From Candidatus Latescibacterota bacterium (GTDB lineage: Bacteria; Latescibacterota; UBA2968; GCA-2709665), in contig CBDCOX010000002.1 in assembly GCA_965219995.1 (NCBI GenBank), positions 704,001 to 768,000 of the forward strand: DNA of 64,000 nucleotides. Direction: 5' to 3'. The translations under genes were made by a program, and so were the position numbers. Position 1 is the first letter of the stretch; each line of letters starts with the position of its first letter. Positions 27,397 to 36,026 of this stretch are shown here, piece after piece. Below the pieces are notes generated by a model. It was not told the origin of the DNA, ran no database searches, and worked only from the letters and a program-made list of their open reading frames with translations.

Positions 27397-28266
27397 ATGA
27401 CGGGAAATTCGGGTACCGGTTCCACACGTCGGATCATGGACGGTTACGTGAAATTGAGGACGCTGGCGGGTAGTGCGGTCCGGCCGCTGGGGCTTGCGGG
27501 TTCGCCGGATACGCAAGGCGAGTTCGCTCCAATCGCACGGCGGGCGGGGGTGAATTTCTTTTTCTTCTACGGTTTGAACTTTGGCGGTATGATCGACGGC
27601 GTCCGGCGTCTGGTCCGGGAGCGCCGCGAAGACGTTTTCGTCGCCACCGGCACCGAGTCCCGCGATCCGCATGAAATGCGGAACTGTCTCGATGCGGTGC
27701 GCCAGGCGCTGTCCGTGGACGTGGTCGACCTGTTTTTTGCGGAGTATGTATCGCCTGCGGATGAACTTGATGACGTGCTCGGAAACGGCGGCGCGATCGA
27801 CGAAATCCGGAAATGGAAGAACGAAGGAAAGGTGCGTTACGTCGGCGCAACGGCGCACAGCCGGCCGATTTCGCTGACCCTGATTGAGAGTGGCCGGGTG
27901 GAGGTGCTGATGCACCGGTACAATATGGCGCACCGGAAGTCGGAGGAGGCCGTGCTTCCCGCGGCCGTCGCGGCGGGCGTGCCGGTGGTCGCGTTTACCT
28001 GTACGCGCTGGGGATCGCTGCTCGAGGGCCATGTCGATTGGCGGGGGCAGACCCCCTCGGCGGCCGATTGCTACCGGTTCGTCCTGCAGCACCCGGCCGT
28101 CTGTCTGGCGCTGACCGCGCCGGCCACCGAAGACCACCTGATTGAGAATCTCAACGTGCTGACGGAAGCTGCCGAACCGGGTCCGGACGAAATGGCGGCC
28201 TGGAGGGCGTACGGTGATCTGATATACGGAGAAGGCGGTGATGCATTTGAAACGCGCTGGCCATAA
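27397..28266 (+). CDS. Aldo/keto reductase-fold protein, divergent
   Basis: KNEGKVRYVGATAH, LMHRYNMAHR, YRFVLQHPAV; start could be 27436. Confidence 0.75.
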   Translation: MTGNSGTGSTRRIMDGYVKLRTLAGSAVRPLGLAGSPDTQGEFAPIARRAGVNFFFFYGLNFGGMIDGVRRLVRERREDVFVATGTESRDPHEMRNCLDAVRQALSVDVVDLFFAEYVSPADELDDVLGNGGAIDEIRKWKNEGKVRYVGATAHSRPISLTLIESGRVEVLMHRYNMAHRKSEEAVLPAAVAAGVPVVAFTCTRWGSLLEGHVDWRGQTPSAADCYRFVLQHPAVCLALTAPATEDHLIENLNVLTEAAEPGPDEMAAWRAYGDLIYGEGGDAFETRWP

Positions 28267-29047
28267 GCCGGGAGCATGCCTCGCGGCGCTTCACGCATTG
28301 CTGTTCCTGCTGTTGTCGCCCGGGGACACTTTGTGTACCGAGAATCCGGCGGCGGACGGGTTCAATTCAGCCGGTTCGGACGTTCGGGCGATTGAAATCG
28401 CCGACGCCGTCATGAAAGAGATGGGCGGGCGGGTGAACTGGGACCGGACCCGGTATCTCACGTGGAGGTTCTTCGGCCGGCGACTGCATGTGTGGGACCG
28501 CTGGACCGGCGACGTCCGCTTCGAGGAGGCCGACCGCGTCACGCTGATGAACGTCCATAGCCGGGAAGGGCGGGTATGGCAGGGAGGAGGGGAAATCGCG
28601 GAGCCGGATTCGCTGAAGAAATATCTGGACAGGGGTTACCGCGCGTGGATCAACGATTCCTACTGGCTGGTGATGCCGTACAAGCTGAAGGACTCGGGGG
28701 TGACGCTGAAGTACGCCGGCGAGGCAAAGATGGAAAATGGCCGTGAGGCGTTCGTATTAACGCTTACCTTCGAAGACGTCGGCGTAACCCCTCAGAACAA
28801 ATACGACGTCTACGTCGACAAGGAGCGGATGCTGGTCGAACAGTGGGCGTTCTACAGGAAGGCGTCCGACCCGGAGCCGCGCTTCGTCGGCCCGTGGACG
28901 GACTGGGTTCCGCACGGCGGAATACTGCTGTCCGCAAATCGCGGCCGTACGTCGCATACGGACGTGGCGGTCTTCGACGACCTGCCCCGCGCGATCTTTG
29001 AGAGCCCTGAACCCGTGGACATGATGGCATTTGAGAAAGCGAGGTGA
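28238..29047 (+). CDS. Exported hypothetical protein (DUF6503-like)
   Basis: Hydrophobic N-terminal stretch; MGG..NWD..RYL.W.FFGRR, WINDSYWLVMPYKLKDSGV, VGVTPQNKY. Confidence 0.7.
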   Translation: MMHLKRAGHKPGACLAALHALLFLLLSPGDTLCTENPAADGFNSAGSDVRAIEIADAVMKEMGGRVNWDRTRYLTWRFFGRRLHVWDRWTGDVRFEEADRVTLMNVHSREGRVWQGGGEIAEPDSLKKYLDRGYRAWINDSYWLVMPYKLKDSGVTLKYAGEAKMENGREAFVLTLTFEDVGVTPQNKYDVYVDKERMLVEQWAFYRKASDPEPRFVGPWTDWVPHGGILLSANRGRTSHTDVAVFDDLPRAIFESPEPVDMMAFEKAR

Positions 29048-29246
29048 AGATAGGCTGCACAGATGTCGTGACAGACTCACTGCTATGGCAAATCGGATAA
29101 TGAATCTTGGCCCTTCGCTCAGCGAGGGCCGTTTTCGTTGCGGGTTCGCCGCGAGGCGAATTCCAGGCGCATTCTGCTACGAGTTGCGCAGACGTTTGTC
29201 GGTGAAAGACAGGACGGCGATTCATGGACAGCGAGGGTTCCCATTC

Positions 29247-29275
29247 TTGACTTGAATGGTCGATTTGCTTATGTT
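29247..29275 (+). promoter_or_regulatory. Putative sigma-70 promoter
   Basis: TTGACT-17 nt-TATGTT in AT-rich intergenic DNA upstream of the dockerin-tailed gene. Confidence 0.55.
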
Positions 29276-29448
29276 GTGAAGACTTTTCGCAAATGAGATC
29301 ACGTCGAGTCTTTCAGGTTCCGATGATCTTGTCCGGCAAGCAATAGCTTCATCAGAATGGCCGTCGGGTCGACAATCCGCTTCACGGAACGGCATCGTCT
29401 GAAACTCGGTCCAAAAGTCATGGATAACCAACTTAAGGGAGGGTGACC

Positions 29449-30225
29449 ATGCGATTCCCGGTTCGATACATTCTGATAGGATTGCCGTTGCTGTGGCCGG
29501 CAATCGCAGATGCGCAGCTTATGGATAGAGGGTCGGAGAAGCCCAGACCCGGGGGTGGCGACCCTGCGGGCGCGTGGATGGCCGACTCAACCGCAATGCC
29601 CGTATGGGCGTCGTCCGCACTGCTGGCTCTAGTCGCTGATCCGTCCATCGATGGAACCGTATCGGGAACGCTGACACTGGATGCTGATTCCGACACATAC
29701 GAGGCGGACTACGTCACATCGGTAAATGTTAAGCTGACCATACCACTCTTGGGTCAGAGCATCGACAGTACTTTTGTCGACACATTCAAGGAAGCCGGCG
29801 CGTTCAATATTGAGGATGCCAATCTGATTCTGGCGCCGACAGTTGAGGACGGCGAAACGGCCGTTAGCGATACGCTTGGCTTTACGGCCAGGGACGACTC
29901 GCTATTTCTGATCCAGGTCGTACCCCTGCCCCCTCAATATGCGAGTATCATGGCGAGCTTTCAGCTGGAAGCCCCGCTGGCGATCCTGGGCTTCGCAAAA
30001 GTCGAGGACGATTCCGAACCCCCTCCGGTTGAACCGCCGGAACCCGGGACGTCGGCTGACTTCAACGGGGACGGGAGTGTGGATTTTTCGGACTTTATCG
30101 CGTTTGCACAGAATTTCGGGCGGAACGACGGGGACGATAACTACGATGCGAAGTTCGACCTGACCGGAGACGACAGAGTCGACTTTTCAGATTTTATCGC
30201 GTTCGCCCAGCAATTCGGCAAGTAG
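29449..30225 (+). CDS. Secreted protein with Pro-rich linker and C-terminal dockerin/EF-hand-like duplicated Ca-binding motif
   Basis: Signal peptide ending ..PAIADA; EPPPVEPPEP linker; DFNGDGSVDFSDFIAFAQNFG and DLTGDDRVDFSDFIAFAQQFG. Confidence 0.8.
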   Translation: MRFPVRYILIGLPLLWPAIADAQLMDRGSEKPRPGGGDPAGAWMADSTAMPVWASSALLALVADPSIDGTVSGTLTLDADSDTYEADYVTSVNVKLTIPLLGQSIDSTFVDTFKEAGAFNIEDANLILAPTVEDGETAVSDTLGFTARDDSLFLIQVVPLPPQYASIMASFQLEAPLAILGFAKVEDDSEPPPVEPPEPGTSADFNGDGSVDFSDFIAFAQNFGRNDGDDNYDAKFDLTGDDRVDFSDFIAFAQQFGK

Positions 30226-30248
30226 CCGCAGAGGTGGGGCCGTCGCTT

Positions 30249-31019
30249 CTACGGGACGCCCGCGAGGAGGAGGCCGCCGTCCACGGGGAGTGAGACGCCG
30301 TTGATGCTGGCGGCCTGCGGACTGCAGAGAAAGACCACCGCACGTCCGATGTCTTCCGGCGTGCCGTACCGTCGCGTGGGGATGAAGCCGTGGAGGCGTT
30401 CGGGCGCGCTGCCGCGATCGGGGGCCGCCTGCCCGAAGGCGTGTTCGGTGTCCATATAGCCGGGCAGGATCGTGTTGCAGCGTATGCCGAGGGGCGCCAG
30501 TTCCCACGCCATGCTTCCGGTAAGCCGAAGGATGCCCGCCTTCGCGGTTCCGTAACAGGTATCGTTCTCCCACACGGCCTGGGCGTGCACCGACGAAATG
30601 CTCACGATGCTCCCGCCCTCGCCCCGTGCCGCCATATTCCGGGCCGCCGCCTGGCTGCAGAGGAAATACCCTTTCAGACACACGTCCAGCGTGCGGTCCC
30701 AGATCGCTTCGGTGATTTCCAGAAAAGGCCGGTTTTCGGAAGCATAGGGGTTGTTGACCAGGATGTCGATTTGGCCGAAGCGATCCAGAAAGTCCTCGAA
30801 CATCCGGTTCACCGCCTCCGCGTTTGAGATATCGGCATCGAAATAGGCCGCCTCGCGGCCCGCTTCCCGAATCAGGTCCAGAGTTGCATCGGCATTGGCG
30901 TCTCGCTCGATGTCGTTGATGCCCACGTCGCATCCGGCTTCCGCCAGGGACTGGGCGATGCCCCGGCCGATGCTGCGCCTGGCGCCGGTAACGAGTGCTT
31001 TCCTGCCTTCGAGCAACAT
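30249..31019 (-). CDS. SDR-family oxidoreductase
   Basis: ALVTGARRSIG, DILVNN, SISSVHA, YGTAK, INGVSLPVDGG. Confidence 0.88.
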   Translation of the reverse strand: MLLEGRKALVTGARRSIGRGIAQSLAEAGCDVGINDIERDANADATLDLIREAGREAAYFDADISNAEAVNRMFEDFLDRFGQIDILVNNPYASENRPFLEITEAIWDRTLDVCLKGYFLCSQAAARNMAARGEGGSIVSISSVHAQAVWENDTCYGTAKAGILRLTGSMAWELAPLGIRCNTILPGYMDTEHAFGQAAPDRGSAPERLHGFIPTRRYGTPEDIGRAVVFLCSPQAASINGVSLPVDGGLLLAGVP

Positions 31020-31228
31020 AGAGGTACCTCGCTTGAAATGGAGCATGGAACGACTTTCGGATTCGAGGCATGAAATATGCACTCGATTTTCGTCTGTCAA
31101 ACAGAAAAAGGGGGAGGTTGGATTCCCGTCCTCTCCGGTGTTCCGACCCGGTGACAGGTTGGCCGATTGCTAGGATATTTCCGGGACAGGACACCAGAGC
31201 CCGGGCGTTTTGTCGAAGGAGAGTACCG

Positions 31229-31930
31229 TTGAAGCCGACGTTGAGGGTTGCCGCTGTCCTGCTCTTTCTTACGGCTCCCGCCATTTCCCGGGTTCCGGGT
31301 CCGACCGTATCTGCGGTAGAAGACAGCCTGTACGTCGCCGCGGATTCAGCGATCGTCATCATGGCGCCGGAACTGCATGCTGCAGCGGCCGCAATGGAAG
31401 CGGGAGATTATGCAATGGCGGCAGCCGAACTCGAGGCGCTTACCGTGGCGGATACCGCCAACGCCGGTGCGCTGCGTATGCTCGCGAGCGCCTATCTGCG
31501 GCTGGAGGCCTATGCCTCGGCCGTTCCCGTCTGCGAACGGATTGCAGTACTGGATTCCACGGATGCGGGGGTCAGGGTGGCGCTGGGTTTCCTCCAGGGA
31601 AAGCTGGGAAACGCGGAACGCGCTCTGGATGCCTATCGGGAAGCGGTTGAGGTGGATGCCGAGACGGTTCAGGCGTATCAGGGCATGGGATGGATCCATC
31701 TGCAGCGTCGCGAACTTCAGGACGCCATGAATATGATCGCGAAGTCGACCGAACTGGCGCCGGAATACGCCCCGAATTACGTGCTCATGGGGCGGGTTCT
31801 TACCTCGCAGGGTTTTTTCGAAAATGCCCGGCAGGCCTTTGAGACCGCATTCAGGCTCGACCCCAGGCTGCGCGAGCAATATGGCATTCTGCTCCAGGAG
31901 CTTGTATTGAGACACCGGCTTGACCAGTGA
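31229..31930 (+). CDS. Exported tetratricopeptide repeat protein
   Basis: AAGGAG RBS then TTG; hydrophobic signal; about 5 TPR-like helical repeats (ALGFLQGKLGNAERALDAYREAVEVD). Confidence 0.75.
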   Translation: MKPTLRVAAVLLFLTAPAISRVPGPTVSAVEDSLYVAADSAIVIMAPELHAAAAAMEAGDYAMAAAELEALTVADTANAGALRMLASAYLRLEAYASAVPVCERIAVLDSTDAGVRVALGFLQGKLGNAERALDAYREAVEVDAETVQAYQGMGWIHLQRRELQDAMNMIAKSTELAPEYAPNYVLMGRVLTSQGFFENARQAFETAFRLDPRLREQYGILLQELVLRHRLDQ

Positions 31931-32075
31931 CGGGTCCGGTAGAGGCAACACCGGATCTCCTGCGGGCGGCAATCGCCTTACGGGCAATCCTGCTGCCGGA
32001 GTCGGTCAGAAGTGCGTGCGCGGGGCGGTTGAGCGCGGCGGTGGGAAGAAACGGGGCGGGATAACCGGGGTTACG

Positions 32076-32834
32076 TTACTTGAGCGAAAAGCCGATGGGC
32101 ATCACCATCCAGACCTTTCGCTTCTGGCCTTCGTGCTTTCCGGGGCGGAAACGGAACTGGCGCGCGGCCGCGATGGCGTTGTGTCGAAAGACCTCGGGTC
32201 CGCTGAGCACCTCGGCCTTTTCCACGCGGCCTTTTTTGTCCACCAGCACCCGAACCATAACCGTTCCCTCCTGTTTCGCCTTGTGGGCGGCACGGGGATA
32301 TTCGGGCGCGACGATCCGGATGGGATGCGGCTTGTATTCGATGTCGAACTCGTCCATCGGAGCATCGGTCGGCGGTCCTTTTGCTATCGGACCCTTCAGA
32401 CGAAGGTCCAGAGGGAGCGCATCGAGATCCAGTTCGGTGGTTTCAATGGTGACGTCTTCAGGCACTTCCTCACCTTCAACTTCGATCGGAACGCTCGGAC
32501 GGGGCGGCGGCGGCGGACGGTGGGCCTGGGATGTCTCCGGAATCTGCGCCCATTGTTCCACCTCGATCGGCGGTTCGTTCAACACCACGGTGGGAATATG
32601 CTCCGGGTAGAGGAGTACGGTGACGACCATGAAAAGAAAGGACGCGCCCAGCGATTTGAGAAAGCGGGTCCGATAGTCGCGCTTCAGGTCCATCTCGGGG
32701 TCTTTCGAGCGAACCGAAACGCGAACGCCCGTCGGATGATCCTTCAGCAGGCGTAGAAACCTTTCCTGGCGCTCACGAAATCGCGCCAGTTGTGCCAGGA
32801 GTGAATGACTGAAGCGATGGTGAACGATATTCAT
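32076..32834 (-). CDS. tonB: Energy transducer TonB-family protein
   Basis: Single TM, PPPPPRP linker, C-terminal PEYP..A....QEGTV.VRVLVDKKGRV...A..AARQFRFRPG. Confidence 0.85.
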   Translation of the reverse strand: MNIVHHRFSHSLLAQLARFRERQERFLRLLKDHPTGVRVSVRSKDPEMDLKRDYRTRFLKSLGASFLFMVVTVLLYPEHIPTVVLNEPPIEVEQWAQIPETSQAHRPPPPPRPSVPIEVEGEEVPEDVTIETTELDLDALPLDLRLKGPIAKGPPTDAPMDEFDIEYKPHPIRIVAPEYPRAAHKAKQEGTVMVRVLVDKKGRVEKAEVLSGPEVFRHNAIAAARQFRFRPGKHEGQKRKVWMVMPIGFSLK

Positions 32835-32863
32835 TGTTCAGTGTAATGAGGATGTGTTGGGAT

Positions 32864-33106
32864 TGCGAGGGTTCCGGCGCCCGGAACGGACTCGCTCTTC
32901 GTTCCTGATCGCGCTTCGAATTACCCTGTAAATTCGGGTCGGGGATCGTCGAAGACGGGCGGGTTCGTCTCTTTTCCACTTATACCCGCAAACCGGGAAA
33001 AGGTTCCGGGCCGACGGCTGTCCTCAGCCCGGCCCGGCAGATGCTGAGACGACCCTGATCCCACGCGTGAACAACGGATCCACGGCGCTGGCGTAGACCG
33101 TCTCAG
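32864..33106 (-). other. Highly structured 5' leader of tonB (candidate cis-regulatory or small RNA)
   Basis: Minus strand: CUGAGACGGUCU/GGGUCGUCUCAG stem with G-U pairs enclosing GAUCC/GGAUC; CCGGGCCG-GGCUG-AGGA-CAGCC-GU-CGGCCCGG hairpin; GCGAG..GUUCCGG/CCGGAAC..CUCGC hairpin near the start codon. Confidence 0.4.
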
Positions 33107-33121
33107 AAGCCATAAATCACT

Positions 33122-33149
33122 AAGTTAGCCCAGACGTTTGAAATGTCAA
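33122..33149 (-). promoter_or_regulatory. Putative sigma-70 promoter for the tonB leader
   Basis: Minus strand TTGACA-16 nt-TAACTT. Confidence 0.45.
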
Positions 33150-33189
33150 GCCCAAACTTGAAAATGGGTTCCTGATCGGCGGTTACGGC

Positions 33190-33549
33190 ATGAACGAAGG
33201 AACAGGCACACCCGTCCGAATCAACGTGCGGCGCGGCGACGGGGAGATGGAAATCGAGTGGCGCGGCGGCCGCGTGGACCGCCTGCCGCTGTCCGGGTTG
33301 CGCCGCTGGTGCCCATGCGCGCTTTGTTCGGACCAGCGCGAGAGCCAGGCCCGCGATCAGGGTTTGCACATGTTGTCAGACCAGGAGCGCGAGGCGACGG
33401 CCGACGTGGAGGAAGTGATTCCGGTGGGCCGGTACGCGATACAGATCAGGTGGGGAGACGGTCACGATACGGGGATCTATACGTACGATTCGCTGCGGAT
33501 AATGGGCGAAGGCAACGCAGCGAAACGGGCTGAAACGTCGGGAGATTGA
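33190..33549 (+). CDS. DUF971 / gamma-butyrobetaine hydroxylase N-terminal-like domain protein
   Basis: LRRWCPCALC, PVGRYAIQIRWGDGHDTGIYTY. Confidence 0.88.
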   Translation: MNEGTGTPVRINVRRGDGEMEIEWRGGRVDRLPLSGLRRWCPCALCSDQRESQARDQGLHMLSDQEREATADVEEVIPVGRYAIQIRWGDGHDTGIYTYDSLRIMGEGNAAKRAETSGD

Positions 33550-33710
33550 CGCGGTGACGATTGGACAGGACGCCAGGTACGGCAGGATTGACGGCCGCGT
33601 ACGACGGCTCGCAGGCTGGAACAGTGATTGACAGGCCGGGCAAAGCGTCGCCATATTCGAGATGTACGCAAGAGGGAGTGTCTGCGAAACCTCATTTTCG
33701 GGAGAACGAC

Positions 33711-34634
33711 ATGGCACAGTCCATTGAAAGCGGTCTTTTCGCGAAGGGTACGGAACAGACGTCGATGCAGCTGCCCCGGCGCGTGCTGGGCAGAACGGGC
33801 GTGCGGGTGCCGATCCTCGGGTACGGCTCGGCCCCCGGCGGGCTCGGGATGGACGACGACGATGCCATTTCTCTCTGCCACCGGGCAATCGACCTCGGCG
33901 TCACACTCATCGACACGGCGCCCGGGTATGGCCGCGCGCATCTCCAGCTGGGGCAGGTCATGGCCAGCCGCAGGCATGAAGTCTTCCTGGTCACCAAGAC
34001 ACCGGCCGACAACGCGGACGAGGCGTTGTCGATGTTGGAGAAGGGCCTGAAAGACCTTCAGACAGACCAGGTTGATCTGGTTTACGTGCATTCGATGGGC
34101 AATCGGGACGTGGACAGGGTGCTGGCTGCGGACGGCGCGCTCGAGGGCCTGCGGGAAGCGCAGCGTCGGGGATGGACCCGGTTCATCGGCGTGACGGCGC
34201 ACAACGCGCCCTGGCGCACCGCCCGCGTATTGAAAGAAGCGGAAATCGACGTCGTGATGCTTGCCATGAACATCGCCGACCGATATACGTACAACTTTGA
34301 GAACGAGGTTCTGCCGCTCGCCATCGAAAAGAACGTCGGTGTCGCGGCGATGAAAGTGTACGGCGGGGCGTTGGACATGAATTACGACAAGCCTGCGCCT
34401 TCGGCTCTCGCCGCGCACGGACCCCACGATCATGAAACGGCCCTCCGGTATGCGCTGGGGCTGCCCGGGGTCGGCACGGCGGTTGTGGGCGTTTTTACAG
34501 AGGATGAACTCGTGCAGAACGTGGCGTGGGCGCGGGGAATCAAGCCGCTGGATGGGCCGGACAGCCTCGTCGCTGAGCGCACCGGGCGGCAGGTAGCCGC
34601 CGACTGGGGGCCGCATTACGGCGCGGTGGAATAG
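33711..34634 (+). CDS. Aldo/keto reductase
   Basis: RVLGRTG, IDTAPGYG, FLVTK, LVYVH, AMKVYGG; catalytic tetrad intact. Confidence 0.88.
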   Translation: MAQSIESGLFAKGTEQTSMQLPRRVLGRTGVRVPILGYGSAPGGLGMDDDDAISLCHRAIDLGVTLIDTAPGYGRAHLQLGQVMASRRHEVFLVTKTPADNADEALSMLEKGLKDLQTDQVDLVYVHSMGNRDVDRVLAADGALEGLREAQRRGWTRFIGVTAHNAPWRTARVLKEAEIDVVMLAMNIADRYTYNFENEVLPLAIEKNVGVAAMKVYGGALDMNYDKPAPSALAAHGPHDHETALRYALGLPGVGTAVVGVFTEDELVQNVAWARGIKPLDGPDSLVAERTGRQVAADWGPHYGAVE

Positions 34635-34650
34635 AAAGCGATCAGGTCAG

Positions 34651-35790
34651 ATGATGACACACAGCCGTGCAGGCGCGCGATCTATACAACCCGCGGCCGG
34701 AGGACGGCGGGTTCTGCCCGGCGTATGGTCCGTCCTCGCCGGAGCGGCTCTGTGCGCGTGCGGGGTGGACGAATCCGGCTCACCGCTGGGCGCCGTGACG
34801 CCCCGGTCCTTTGGCGCGGCCGGGCCGCTGGTCCAGCCCAGGAGGGACCATACGGCCACCCGGCTGTCCGACGGCACCGTGTTGATTGCCGGAGGGATAC
34901 ACGTGGTTACCGCCGGCGTTGAAGATCCGTTGACGAGCGCGGAGGTCTTCGATCCGGCCACGGGAAGGTTTCGGCAAACCGGCAGCCTGCCCGAGGGACG
35001 CACCGGGCACGTGGCCGCCATGTTGAATGACGGCAAGGTGTTGATTGCGGGAGGCGGCCGGCAATCCATGGTTCTGTACGATCCCGGTTCCGGCTCCTTC
35101 CTCGCCAGCGCGGCCGGCAGCAGAATCCAGCGCCCGAGAGCGGCGACGACGCTGCGGGATGGAAGGGTGCTGCTGGTGGGCGATCTGACCTTTGCCGCGG
35201 AAATCTACGACCCTGAAGAAGACGATATCGTAAAGACGCTCACTGTCGGTACGATACGGGTGCAGCAGACCGCGACGTTGCTCAGCAACGGGGCGGTACT
35301 CATCGCGGGAGGAGCGAGAGGGCTTGCCGAGCGGTTCGACCCGACAAATGACGCGTTTGCATCGCCCGGCAGCGGCAGCCTGCGGGTCGTCCGCTTCGGG
35401 CATACCGCGACGTTGCTGGCCGATGGACGCGTGCTGCTGGCAGGGGGCAGCGCGGAGATTGGCGGCGGCGTATTCACGCCGGTGAGCAGCACCGAGATTT
35501 TCGATCCGGATTTCCCGTCGTTCCACGCCGCGGGATCGATGCGAACGCCGAGGTTTGGGCATTCGGCCACGCGGCTGCGGGATGGAAGCGTGCTCATCGT
35601 GGGCGGCGCGTCCGCCGATGCCGAGCTGTTCGATCCCGATACCGGGTCGTTTCAGTTCGTGGGCGGTGACGCGGGCCGGGTCCGAAGCGGCGCTACCGCA
35701 ACCCTGCTGAACGACGGCCGGGTGCTGGTGGCCGGCGGTGTGGACGAGGGTTTCCTGTATCTGGAACAGGCCCTGGTCTACAATCCCTGA
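34651..35790 (+). CDS. Kelch-repeat beta-propeller protein, probable lipoprotein
   Basis: About 7 repeats of R.GHTATLL.DGRVL.AGG...E.FDP; lipobox-like LCAC. Confidence 0.85.
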   Translation: MMTHSRAGARSIQPAAGGRRVLPGVWSVLAGAALCACGVDESGSPLGAVTPRSFGAAGPLVQPRRDHTATRLSDGTVLIAGGIHVVTAGVEDPLTSAEVFDPATGRFRQTGSLPEGRTGHVAAMLNDGKVLIAGGGRQSMVLYDPGSGSFLASAAGSRIQRPRAATTLRDGRVLLVGDLTFAAEIYDPEEDDIVKTLTVGTIRVQQTATLLSNGAVLIAGGARGLAERFDPTNDAFASPGSGSLRVVRFGHTATLLADGRVLLAGGSAEIGGGVFTPVSSTEIFDPDFPSFHAAGSMRTPRFGHSATRLRDGSVLIVGGASADAELFDPDTGSFQFVGGDAGRVRSGATATLLNDGRVLVAGGVDEGFLYLEQALVYNP

Positions 35791-36026
35791 CGTTTCCCGT
35801 CAACGATCGGCGGATGCGGCACGACCGGGGGCTGAATCCCGCATGGGCGGCCTCTGTTTTTTTGTTCGATTCTCGCCCCCGGCGTACTTTCGGTATCATG
35901 GTTGACTGTCGGCCCACTGTGTGGCTTTTGCAGTCCGGAACCTCGATCGTCCCTCGGCGCTGAATCCCTCCCGCAGGAGCGGATGTTCCCGTACGGACGA
36001 ATCTGTCAACGCAGGTTTGATATGTC

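Noticed and set aside
29048-29246. Small ORFs in the intergenic gap (29031-29255 and 29222-29503)
   Set aside because: No RBS or motifs, atypical composition, and they overlap a good promoter.
29275-29302. CRP/FNR-like box (TGTGA...TCGCA)
   Set aside because: Spacer is 7 nt rather than 6 and the right half-site is mismatched.
33040-33100. TPP-riboswitch-like words on the + strand (CTGAGA..ACCCTGATC..GCGTAG)
   Set aside because: Lacks the GGGG P2 strand, ACCUGA spacing, UAAU loop and GGGA end; the stem pairs better on the - strand.
34840-35740. Periodic DNA similarity suggestive of a repeat array
   Set aside because: Explained by in-frame Kelch repeats; no identical repeats with spacers and no cas genes.
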